From Candidatus Latescibacterota bacterium (GTDB taxonomy: Bacteria > Latescibacterota > UBA2968 > UBA8231): a stretch of DNA of 64,000 nt. The notes under the pieces were generated by a model. It worked only from the letters and a program-made list of their open reading frames with translations, was not told where the DNA came from and did not search any database. This document shows, one piece after another, positions 36,948-45,840 of this stretch (its first letter is position 1; each line of letters begins with the position of its first letter). The stretch spans positions 1,024,001-1,088,000 of the forward strand of contig CBDCSU010000005.1 of assembly GCA_965221775.1 (NCBI GenBank), written 5' to 3'. The translations under genes and the position numbers were made by a program.

Positions 36948-38293
36948 GCCTGGACTCCTCCGTAGGTGCAGACGATCTCGTGGATGACACGGGTGGCGAA
37001 GAGCAGCTCGTCGATCGAGGTGCGCTCGTCGTGGCCGTGGAGCAGGCCCAGCTCGCCGGAGCCGGCCTGCCGGCGGTAGGGCATGAACCCGTAGACCTGG
37101 GTCCCCGGCCGGCGCGGCACGATGTGCTTGGCGTCGGTGCCGCCCGTGGACAGGACGGGAACGAGGGGGGCCTCGGGCTCGTGGCGGGCCATGACCGACG
37201 CGATGACGTCCCAGAACTCCCCCGCCGCCTCCGCCTCGAGGGGCGGGCTGTACTGGTCGACCTCCAGCTCCAGGCCGTTGCCGACGACGGCCCGCAGCTC
37301 GGCGAGGAAGCTCTCCCGCGTCTGGCCCGGCGCCAGGCGGCCGTCGATCCAGGCGGTCGCCTCGGCGGGGATGATGTTGATCCCCGAGCCGGCGGCGAGC
37401 ATGGTCACCGAGGCGGTGTTGCGCAGCAGGGCGCTCCAGCCGGCGCGCTCGGCGTCGTCGAGGGGCAGCCGCCTCAGGGCCGCGTCGCTGCGCTCCCCGT
37501 CGAACAGGTCCAGCAGGTCGGCGCGCAGTTCCGGCCGGCCCTCGGAGACCGCCTCGAAGAAGGTGCGCAGGGTGGCGGAAGGGTGGACGGGCAGGGCGTG
37601 GTCCTTCAGCGGCGCCAGGGCCGCCGCCAGGGTGAGGACAGCGTTGTCGGCATGGGGCACCGAGCCGTGTCCGGGCCGGCCCCGGGCCGTGGCCCGCAGG
37701 CGGCAGATCCCCTTCTGGCCCACCTGGCAGGTGGTGAACCGGCGCCCGCCGAGGCGCACCTCGTGGCCGCCGCCCTCGGTGAGAATCACCGGCGCCTCGA
37801 TCCCCGCCGGGTGGTGGTCCAGGAGCCACCCCGGGCCGTGGCCGCCCTTGCCGGCCTCCTCGTCGGCGGTGGCGGCGAACATCACGTCGCGGTCGAGGCG
37901 CAGGCCCTGCCGCTTGAGCAGCAGCAGCACCATCAGCTCGGCGGCGACCATGTTCTTCATGTCGAGGGCGCCCCGGCCCCAGACGAAGCCGTCGTCGATC
38001 TGGCCGCCGAAGGGCGGGTGCGTCCAGGCGCCGGCGTCGGCGGCGACCACGTCGGTGTGGCCGAGCAGCAACAGCGGCGGCTCGCCGCCCCCCTCCCAGC
38101 GGGTGGTCACGTTGCCGCGCCCGGGCGCCGACTCGGTGATCTCCGCCTCGAAGCCCTCCCCCTCCAGCACCGAGGCGAGGTAGCGGGCGGCCTCGGTCTC
38201 GTTGCCCGGCGGGTTGGTGGTGTCGATGCGGATCAGGGCCTGCAGGTGGGCGGTCACCTCGGCGCGTACGGCGTTCCAGTCGATGCCTTGCAT
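36944..38293 (-). CDS. M20/M25/M40 family metallopeptidase
   Basis: GHTDVV, WGRGALDMK, ADEEAG, GHGS, GGTDAK, HGHDER. Confidence 0.93.
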   Translation of the reverse strand: MQGIDWNAVRAEVTAHLQALIRIDTTNPPGNETEAARYLASVLEGEGFEAEITESAPGRGNVTTRWEGGGEPPLLLLGHTDVVAADAGAWTHPPFGGQIDDGFVWGRGALDMKNMVAAELMVLLLLKRQGLRLDRDVMFAATADEEAGKGGHGPGWLLDHHPAGIEAPVILTEGGGHEVRLGGRRFTTCQVGQKGICRLRATARGRPGHGSVPHADNAVLTLAAALAPLKDHALPVHPSATLRTFFEAVSEGRPELRADLLDLFDGERSDAALRRLPLDDAERAGWSALLRNTASVTMLAAGSGINIIPAEATAWIDGRLAPGQTRESFLAELRAVVGNGLELEVDQYSPPLEAEAAGEFWDVIASVMARHEPEAPLVPVLSTGGTDAKHIVPRRPGTQVYGFMPYRRQAGSGELGLLHGHDERTSIDELLFATRVIHEIVCTYGGVQA

Positions 38294-38335
38294 GATGGCG
38301 GGTAAACAAGAGGTTTCGGCGTTACCTTCAAAGCC

Positions 38336-39193
38336 ATGGCCCGCCCCGCCCTCCTGCTGCTCGCCCTCGTCTGGCCGTCGGCCTGTTCCGCCTCCGACCC
38401 CGCCGACGGCGACGGTTCGCGCCGGGCGCCCCCGTCCTTCGCCGATGCCGTCCCCACCCACGGGTACCGCATCGTCAACGTCTTCCCCCACGACCCGCGG
38501 GCCTTCACCCAGGGCCTGGTCTACCACGGCGGTTTCCTCTACGAGAGCACGGGCGGCGGCGTGCAGCTGACCTCGCGCCCGTCCGTCCCCTCCAGCCTGC
38601 GCCAAGTGGAGATCGAGACCGGACGGGTGCTGCGGGAGCTCACCCTCGAGCCGCGGTTCTTCGGCGAGGGCCTGGCCCTGCTCGAGGGGCAGTTGTTCCA
38701 GCTGACCTGGAGGTCGCGCGTCGGGTTCGTGTACGCTCTCGACGATTTCGCCCGACAGCGGGAGTTCGGCTACGCCACCGAGGGCTGGGGCCTCACCCAC
38801 GACGGCTCCGCCCTGATCATGAGCGACGGCTCGGCGCGACTGTCCTGGCGGGACCCGGCCACCTTCGCCGAGACCGGCGGCGTCGAGGTCCGCCACGAGG
38901 GCGAGCCCGTGCGCCGGCTCAACGAGCTGGAGTGGGTCGACGGCGAGGTCTGGGCCAACGTGCTGGAGTCCAACCGCGTCGCCCGCATCGACCCGGAGAG
39001 CGGCGCCGTGGTCAGTTGGGTCGACCTGACGGGACTGCTGACCTCGCGGGAACGGCGCCAGGCGGACGTGCTCAACGGCATCGCCTTCGACGCCGCCGGG
39101 GGGCGCCTCTTCGTCACCGGCAAGCTGTGGCCCTGGATGTTCGAGATCGACGTCGAGGCCGCCGCGCCAAGGAGCGCGCCCGCCGGCCCCTGA
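38336..39193 (+). CDS. Glutaminyl-peptide cyclotransferase (plant/bacterial type)
   Basis: PHD..AFTQGL, ESTG, FGEGL, EGWGL, LNELE, VLNGIA, TGKLWP. Confidence 0.95.
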   Translation: MARPALLLLALVWPSACSASDPADGDGSRRAPPSFADAVPTHGYRIVNVFPHDPRAFTQGLVYHGGFLYESTGGGVQLTSRPSVPSSLRQVEIETGRVLRELTLEPRFFGEGLALLEGQLFQLTWRSRVGFVYALDDFARQREFGYATEGWGLTHDGSALIMSDGSARLSWRDPATFAETGGVEVRHEGEPVRRLNELEWVDGEVWANVLESNRVARIDPESGAVVSWVDLTGLLTSRERRQADVLNGIAFDAAGGRLFVTGKLWPWMFEIDVEAAAPRSAPAGP

Positions 39194-39284
39194 CCGCCGC
39201 GGCCCCGGTCAGGCCCGACGCGGCGGCTTGCCGCCCGGGGGTCCGGCGTCGATCGTTACCACCAACCCCTCCCGGAGACGCCCG

Positions 39285-41003
39285 ATGGACAGCATCCTCA
39301 TCGCCGTGGCCGCCTTCGTCGGCTACCTGGCGGCCTACCACACCTACGGCCGCTACCTGAGCCGCAAGGTCTTCGGCCTCAGCTCCGACAACGTCACGCC
39401 CTCCCGCGAGCAGAGCGACGGCGTCGATTTCGTGCCCACCCGCAAGCAGGTCATCTTCGGCCACCACTTCACCTCCATCGCCGGCACGGGCCCCATCGTC
39501 GGCCCCGCCATCGGCATCATCTGGGGCTGGGTGCCGGCCCTGCTCTGGGTCTTCCTCGGCTCGATCTTCATGGGCGCCGTCCACGACCTCGGCGCCCTGG
39601 TGATCTCCCTGCGCCACAAGGGCCACACCATGGCCGACATCACCGGCATGGTGATGAACCGGCACCTGAAGATCATGTTCTTCGTCATCGTCTTCCTCGC
39701 CCTGCTCATCGTCATCGCCATCTTCGGCCTGGTCATCGCCGTCCTCTTCGACCTGTATCCGCAGGCCGTCTTCCCCGTGTGGATGGAGATCCCCATCGCC
39801 ATCGCCCTGGGGCGGGCGATCCTCCGGGGCCGCATCAACCTCACCGCGGCCACGGCGCTGGCCGTCGTCTCCATGTACGTCACCGTCGTCATCGGCCACT
39901 ACATGCCGGTGAAGATGCCGGAGATCGCCGGGATCCCGGCCACCGGCGTGTGGACCCTGCTGCTGCTCGCCTACGCCTACATCGCCTCCACCCTGCCGGT
40001 GACCACCCTGCTGCAGCCGCGCGACTACATCAACGCCTGGCAGCTCTTCATCGCCCTGGGGCTGCTCGTGCTCGGGGTCTTCGCCGCCGCGCCGGAGATG
40101 GTCGCCCCCGCCTTCCACCTCTCCCCCGAGGGGGCGCCGCCGTGGATGCCCTTCCTCTTCATCACCATCGCCTGCGGCGCCATCTCCGGCTTCCACTGCC
40201 TGGTGTCGAGCGGCACCTCCTCCAAGCAGGTGGCCTCCGAGCCGGACGCGCGCTTCGTCGGCTACGGCTCCATGCTCACCGAGGGGTTCCTGGCGACGAT
40301 CGTCCTCATCGCCTGCGGCGCCGGCCTCGCCCTCGCCTACACCGCCGCCGACGGCACGGCCCTCACCGGCCCGGCGGCCTTCGCCGCCCACTACGGCACC
40401 TGGGAGGCCTCCAGCGGCCTCGGTTCCAAGGTGGCCGCCTTCGTCGTGGGGGCCGCCAACATGATCTCCGCCCTGGGCCTGCCCCGGGAGCTGGCCATCG
40501 TCGTCATGGGGGTCTTCGTCGCCTCCTTCGCCGGCACCACCCTCGACACGGCAACGCGCCTGCAGCGCTACGTCATCAGCGAGCTGGCCGCGGACCTGCG
40601 CATCGAGCCCCTGACGCGGCGCCACCCGGCGACCCTGCTGGCCGTGGTCAGCGCCGCGGCCCTGGCGTTCTACAACGGCGCCGGCGGCAAGGGGGCGCTG
40701 CTGCTGTGGCCGCTCTTCGGCAGCATGAACCAGCTGCTGGCCGGCCTCGCCCTGATCGTCGTCACCTGTTGGCTCAAGCAGCAGGCCCGCAACTACCTGG
40801 TCACCCTGCTGCCGTCGCTGGCGATCTTCGTGTGCACGGCGTGGGCCCTGACCCACACCCTGGGCAGCCTCTACGGCAGCGGCAACGTGCCGAGTCTGGT
40901 CATCGGCGGCGTCGCCCTGGCCCTGCAGATCTGGCTCACCGTCGAAGCCCTGGGTCTGCTGCTGCGGCGCGAGCCGGCCGCGGCGGCGGCGGCCGGCGGC
41001 TGA
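39285..41003 (+). CDS. cstA: Carbon starvation protein A transporter
   Basis: FGHHFTSIAGTGPIVGP, GAVHD, ACGAISGFH, TTLDTATRL. Confidence 0.95.
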   Translation: MDSILIAVAAFVGYLAAYHTYGRYLSRKVFGLSSDNVTPSREQSDGVDFVPTRKQVIFGHHFTSIAGTGPIVGPAIGIIWGWVPALLWVFLGSIFMGAVHDLGALVISLRHKGHTMADITGMVMNRHLKIMFFVIVFLALLIVIAIFGLVIAVLFDLYPQAVFPVWMEIPIAIALGRAILRGRINLTAATALAVVSMYVTVVIGHYMPVKMPEIAGIPATGVWTLLLLAYAYIASTLPVTTLLQPRDYINAWQLFIALGLLVLGVFAAAPEMVAPAFHLSPEGAPPWMPFLFITIACGAISGFHCLVSSGTSSKQVASEPDARFVGYGSMLTEGFLATIVLIACGAGLALAYTAADGTALTGPAAFAAHYGTWEASSGLGSKVAAFVVGAANMISALGLPRELAIVVMGVFVASFAGTTLDTATRLQRYVISELAADLRIEPLTRRHPATLLAVVSAAALAFYNGAGGKGALLLWPLFGSMNQLLAGLALIVVTCWLKQQARNYLVTLLPSLAIFVCTAWALTHTLGSLYGSGNVPSLVIGGVALALQIWLTVEALGLLLRREPAAAAAAGG

Positions 41004-41028
41004 ACCCGGGCGCCCCCTTCCCGCCCCC

Positions 41029-43059
41029 GTGACGCGGTTCCTCCAAGGCTGTCTCCTCGGGCTGCTTGGCGCCGGGACCGCCCTTGGCCAGTCCCTGGCC
41101 GGGGTCGAGTGGGACTCCCTGGACGACCTGCGACGCCTGGCCGCGGCGGCGACCCTGCGCCACGTCGCCCCGGGGATCGCCCTGGTCGACGCCGGACCCG
41201 CCGAGCTGGCGGCCCTGGGAGCGAAGGTTCGCTTCACGGACCGGGCCCGTCGGGGAGAGGCCTACTACCTCTCCGACCACGTGCACGACCGGCCGGCGGG
41301 CCCGCCCGTCACCACCGTCTACTGCGATCCGGGTGGCTGGGCCCTGCACCGGCTGCCCTCGCAGCGGCTGACCGAAGCCCTCGATCTCGAGCACTTCCTC
41401 TACCCCCTGCCCGAGCGCTACGCCACGCCGTCGCGGGCGAGGGCGCCGAGGGCCGCCCCGAAGCCGGCGCAGCGGCCCCCGTCGAGCCAGGTGCGCGGCC
41501 TCCTGGAGCAGGTCGACGTGGCGCGCATGCAGGCCGACCTCGACCGGCTGGTCTTCCACGACCCGGCCGCCGGCGCCGTGGCCGGCAACGTGCGCACCCG
41601 CCACGCCCGGCGTCCGGAGACCTTCGCCAGCACCACCTACCTGCGGCAGGAGCTGGCCGCCGTCCTGGGGGAGGAAGCCGTCCGGCTCGACACCTTCCAG
41701 GCCGTCCCCGGGGACTCGCTCATGTACAACGTCGTCGGCGAGCTGCGCGGCACCGATCCGGAGGCCGGCTACTGGGTCGTGTGCGCCCACTACGACGCCA
41801 TCGGCACCCTCTCCCGGCTCGCGGACATGGACCGCGTCGGCGAGGGCCGCACGGCCTGGGACTGGCGGCGGCACCCGGCGCCGGGGGCCGACGACAACGG
41901 CACGGGGGTGGTGCTCCTGCTCGAGACCGCCCGCATCCTCAGCGACCGGAGCTTCCCCTTCTCCATCCGCTTCATCGCCTTCTCCGGCGAGGAGCTGGGC
42001 CTGTGGGGCAGCCGCAGCTACGCGCGCCGGGCCGGGGCCCGCGGCGACCGCGTCCTCGGTGTGCTCAACTTCGACATGATCGGCTTCAACGACCTGGCCG
42101 AGCGCATCGAGCTGGTCACCAACCCGTCTTCGGCCTGGATCGTCGACCTCATGGTCGCCGCCGCGCAGCGCTACGACCTCGGCCTGCGCACCGACGTCCT
42201 CGAGGACCGCTTCGCCGGCCTCAGCGATCACGCCCCCTTCTGGGCCGAGGGCTACGACGCCATCCTCGCCATCGAGAACTACCTGCCCACGGACTCGACC
42301 TCGGCGGGCGTCGTGGACGGCGCCTACCGGATCAACACCCACTACCACACCGTGGCCGACCTGCCCGACTCGATCAACTGGGAACTGGTGACGGGCGTGA
42401 CCCGTCTGACGCTGGCGACGCTGGCCCAGTTCGGCGCCGAGGAGGGGCTGCCCAACCTCGCCGTCTTCGGCGGCGACCTGGCCGGCGACGGGGCGGGCGG
42501 CCTGCTGGCGCGGATCTCCAACCTCGGGCCGGTCCCGGCCGAGGGGCCCGTGGGCCTGCGCCTGCGCCGCTGCCGCAGCGACTCCAGCGGCTGCGAGGTG
42601 GTCTACGAGGGCGCCCACCCGGGGCCCGTCCCGCCGGGGGCCGCCGTCGAGGTGCGGGTGCCCTGGGGGCGCTACGGGGAGGCCCTGTTCCTCGTCGAGG
42701 TCGACCCCGGGGACCGGATCGCCGAGGAGGTGGAGACCGCCGACAACCGCGCCTTCGTCCACGTGCGTCTCGTACCCGACGAGGAGGTCCTCGTCTTCCC
42801 GAACCCCCTTCAGCGCTCCCGGGACGGCTTCGCCCGGTTCTTCGTGCCCGAGTTCTCCCGCCTGGACATCTACGACTCTCACGGGGTGCTGGTGTGGCAG
42901 GGGCGGGAGGAGTCGGGCAGCGTCGACCAGCGGGGCGAGATCCGCTGGACCGGCGTCAACGCCGCCGGGAACCTCCTCGGATCGGGGGTCTACTTCTACG
43001 AGGTGCGCAGCTTCGAGGGCGACTCGATCGAGGGCGGCAAGATCGCCGTGCTGAGATAG
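41029..43059 (+). CDS. Secreted M28 peptidase with CARDB and FlgD-Ig/sorting-like C-terminus
   Basis: CAHYD, GADDNGTG, SGEELGLWGS, NFDMIG, SDHAPFW, YHT, FPNP...W.G.N..G....SGVYFY. Confidence 0.9.
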   Translation: MTRFLQGCLLGLLGAGTALGQSLAGVEWDSLDDLRRLAAAATLRHVAPGIALVDAGPAELAALGAKVRFTDRARRGEAYYLSDHVHDRPAGPPVTTVYCDPGGWALHRLPSQRLTEALDLEHFLYPLPERYATPSRARAPRAAPKPAQRPPSSQVRGLLEQVDVARMQADLDRLVFHDPAAGAVAGNVRTRHARRPETFASTTYLRQELAAVLGEEAVRLDTFQAVPGDSLMYNVVGELRGTDPEAGYWVVCAHYDAIGTLSRLADMDRVGEGRTAWDWRRHPAPGADDNGTGVVLLLETARILSDRSFPFSIRFIAFSGEELGLWGSRSYARRAGARGDRVLGVLNFDMIGFNDLAERIELVTNPSSAWIVDLMVAAAQRYDLGLRTDVLEDRFAGLSDHAPFWAEGYDAILAIENYLPTDSTSAGVVDGAYRINTHYHTVADLPDSINWELVTGVTRLTLATLAQFGAEEGLPNLAVFGGDLAGDGAGGLLARISNLGPVPAEGPVGLRLRRCRSDSSGCEVVYEGAHPGPVPPGAAVEVRVPWGRYGEALFLVEVDPGDRIAEEVETADNRAFVHVRLVPDEEVLVFPNPLQRSRDGFARFFVPEFSRLDIYDSHGVLVWQGREESGSVDQRGEIRWTGVNAAGNLLGSGVYFYEVRSFEGDSIEGGKIAVLR

Positions 43060-43063
43060 GGGA

Positions 43064-44869
43064 ATGAGCGCGAGACGGAGGAGGAGACGGTTTGCCGGCG
43101 CCGCGGCGGCGGCCTGCCTCGGGTTGGCCGCCGCCGCCGCGGGCGAGACCAGCCGGATCAGCGCCGAGGCCGCCGCCGCCTACCAGCTGCTCGAGATCAG
43201 GGATCCGGAGGCCGTGCCCGCCGACTTCACGGGCGGCGGCCCGGCCCACTACTGCGCCACCCCCCTGGCGGTGGCCGCCGTGGAGGCCCTGGAGGGCGCC
43301 GACCCCTTCGCCGGCCGCCTGCTGGCCCGCGCCCTGCAGCCGCCGTCCCTGGCCCACCACGCGGTCTCGCCCTCCGGCCACTTCCGGTTCCACTACGACA
43401 CCGAGGGCCCTGACGCCGTCGGTGCCGCCGACGCCGACGGCAACGGCGTGCCCGACTACGTCGACCTGGCGATGACCCTGGCCGACAGCGCCTGGCACGT
43501 GCAGGTGGAGGTCCTCGGCTACCAGGAGCCGCCGGAGGACGGGGGCTTCGGCGGGGGGGACGAGATCGACATCTTCCTGACCGACGTGGGCCGCTCCCGG
43601 CGCTACGGCCTCACCTATCCCTTGTCGGGCGGCGACAGCGGCCCCAGCTATCTCGAGATCGACAACGACTTCGAGAACCCGGTCTTCGGCACCGCCGACG
43701 GCGTCTGCTCCGGCTACAGCGGCTCCCGCGGCCACGACGCCCTGCGCGTCACCCTGGCCCACGAGTTCTTCCACGCCGTGCAGTTCGGCTACTACCAGGG
43801 CTACGACGGCGCCTGGTGGCAGGAAGCCTCGGCCACGTGGATGGAAGACGTCCTCCACCCCGGGGTGAACGACTATCTCCAGTACGTGTGCATCTTCCTG
43901 GAGTCCCCGAAGAGCGCCCTCGACAGCGGCGACCCACGGGTCGACCTGCACGCCTACGGCAGCTCGATCTTCGCCTTCTTCCTCGACCAGCGTTACGGCC
44001 GCGAGACGATCCGCTTCACCTGGGAGGAGCACGCCCGGAGGCGCGCCGTCAGCCTCGACAACTTCGACCGCGCCCTGCGCGACTTCCACGGCGAGGCCGG
44101 GGTCAGCGGCCCCGAGGCCGGCCTCGACCGCGCGTTCTCCGACTTCGCGGTCTGGTCCTGGTTCGTCGGCGACCGCCACCGCGACGAGTTCTTCACCGAA
44201 GGGGACCGCTACCCCTCCCGGGAGGAGCCGGCCTTCCCGGTGAGCGCCGGCGCCGCCGCGGCCGACAGCGGCGCCATCGACCACATGGCCAGCCGCTACG
44301 TCCGCCTCGATCCGCGTCTGCTCCCGGGGGGCGCCACCCTGCGCATCGACCAGCCCGGGGGCCGCTGGCGCAACCGCCTCCTCCTGGCCTCGCCCGACAG
44401 CCTCGAGGAACGGGACCTGCGGGCGGGCGGCAGGGTGACCGTGCGGGGATGGGACGCCTGGGACGAGGTCGTCCTCGTCCTCAGCAACGTCGACCGCACC
44501 GGCATCGGCTACGACTACGGCGTGGTGGTGGAGTACGACCCGGGGCTGGTGGACGAGGTCGGGCCGCCGGCGGCGGCCAGCCTCGACCCCGTGTGGCCGA
44601 ACCCCTTCCGGCCCGCCGGGCATGGCGCCGCGCGGATCCCCTTCGCCCTGCACCTCCCCAGCGCCGCCGGGAGCCTGACCCTGTACGCCGCCGACGGCCG
44701 CCGGGTGCGCCAGTTCGACCTGGGGGCGCGCTCGGCCCGCCGCCACCTGGTGAGCTGGGACGGCACCAACGAGTCCGGCGAGCCCGTGGGTTCGGGGATC
44801 TACTACGCGGTGCTGGAGGCCGAGGGGGTGTCCCTGCGGCGGCCGCTGGCCGTGGTGCGCGACCGCTGA
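43064..44869 (+). CDS. Secreted HEXXH metalloprotease (MXAN_6640-like) with FlgD-Ig domain
   Basis: HFRFHY...DGNGVPDYVD, TLAHEFFHAVQFGY, EASATWME, WPNPF...WDGTN..G..VGSGIYY. Confidence 0.87.
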   Translation: MSARRRRRRFAGAAAAACLGLAAAAAGETSRISAEAAAAYQLLEIRDPEAVPADFTGGGPAHYCATPLAVAAVEALEGADPFAGRLLARALQPPSLAHHAVSPSGHFRFHYDTEGPDAVGAADADGNGVPDYVDLAMTLADSAWHVQVEVLGYQEPPEDGGFGGGDEIDIFLTDVGRSRRYGLTYPLSGGDSGPSYLEIDNDFENPVFGTADGVCSGYSGSRGHDALRVTLAHEFFHAVQFGYYQGYDGAWWQEASATWMEDVLHPGVNDYLQYVCIFLESPKSALDSGDPRVDLHAYGSSIFAFFLDQRYGRETIRFTWEEHARRRAVSLDNFDRALRDFHGEAGVSGPEAGLDRAFSDFAVWSWFVGDRHRDEFFTEGDRYPSREEPAFPVSAGAAAADSGAIDHMASRYVRLDPRLLPGGATLRIDQPGGRWRNRLLLASPDSLEERDLRAGGRVTVRGWDAWDEVVLVLSNVDRTGIGYDYGVVVEYDPGLVDEVGPPAAASLDPVWPNPFRPAGHGAARIPFALHLPSAAGSLTLYAADGRRVRQFDLGARSARRHLVSWDGTNESGEPVGSGIYYAVLEAEGVSLRRPLAVVRDR

Positions 44870-44873
44870 GGCG

Positions 44874-44910
44874 TCAGGCGGTCGGGTGGTCCTGCTCCCG
44901 GCGCTGAGCC
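44874..44910 (-). repeat. Degenerate copy of the 3' end of the SAF oxidoreductase gene
   Basis: GGTCCTGCTCCCG is exact at 44888 and 45858; the copy reads AQRREQDHPTA* against ALRREQDRILDP*. Confidence 0.65.
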
Positions 44911-44941
44911 GCCCTTCGCGAGGCGGCCGGCCGCTGCCGGC

Positions 44942-45823
44942 TCACTCTCCCGCGACCTCGATCCGCAGACGGCAGTGGTCGCTCGCGCCCCACTCTTCGA
45001 CCGAGTTCATGGCGCGCACGCTTACGCTTTCGTGAAAACCGCGGGAGGCGAAGGCGTAGTCGAGCTGGTTCTGCGCGGTCCCGGGGTTCCTTCCGCGCGT
45101 GTAGTAGGTGGGGACGTTCAGGGTGTCCGGCGGCAGGCCTGGCGGCGTGGGACTCGCCCGCCGGCCCGCGGGGTGCCGGGGCCCCAGGAACTCCATGCCG
45201 AGGGCGTCCATCCTGTCCGTGACGGTGCGGTCGCGAGCCGGCAGCGCCAGGCGATTGTCGTCGGTGGCTCCGTAGATCATGTTCAGATCGCCCGCGGCGA
45301 GTATGCGGTGCGTACCCGGGTCGGTGCTGCCGATGAAGGCGGACAGGTCCGAGATGATGCGGTGCGCCGAGCCGTCCGAGTAGCCCACGGGCCACTTGCT
45401 GTCGGCGCGCGGATGCGGTGTGGTCCAGCGCGCGTACATGGACACGGCGATGAAGGGCGGGGCGTCCTTCGGGATGATGCGGGCTGCCGCTGTCGTCCCG
45501 ATCCCGCTGACGGCTATCTCGTCTTCAGCCGTAGCGCATATCGGGCTGACCTGCTTGAACCACTCGACCTCGACCCGGTCTGACAGCTTCACCACCATCG
45601 CCCAACGGTCGTACAGATGCGGCCACCGGTCGCCATACCAACGCGAATTCCAGAGATGCGCGTCCCAGTGTTCCACAGGCCCCGTATCAATTCTGTCAGC
45701 CACGTCGGGCGGCGGTGGTTGGCCCGCCTCCTGCAGCAGGGCCACGTCGGCGTCCATCTCCAGGAGTTGACGCCAGGGTTCGTCGCGTTTGGCGATGTTC
45801 CAGCTCACTGCAACTACGGCCAC
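44942..45823 (-). CDS. Endonuclease/exonuclease/phosphatase (EEP) family protein
   Basis: SWNI, ALLQE, AGDLN, LDY, SDH catalytic motifs in the expected order. Confidence 0.82.
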   Translation of the reverse strand: MAVVAVSWNIAKRDEPWRQLLEMDADVALLQEAGQPPPPDVADRIDTGPVEHWDAHLWNSRWYGDRWPHLYDRWAMVVKLSDRVEVEWFKQVSPICATAEDEIAVSGIGTTAAARIIPKDAPPFIAVSMYARWTTPHPRADSKWPVGYSDGSAHRIISDLSAFIGSTDPGTHRILAAGDLNMIYGATDDNRLALPARDRTVTDRMDALGMEFLGPRHPAGRRASPTPPGLPPDTLNVPTYYTRGRNPGTAQNQLDYAFASRGFHESVSVRAMNSVEEWGASDHCRLRIEVAGE

Positions 45824-45840
45824 CCGTCCCTCCGCTGATC

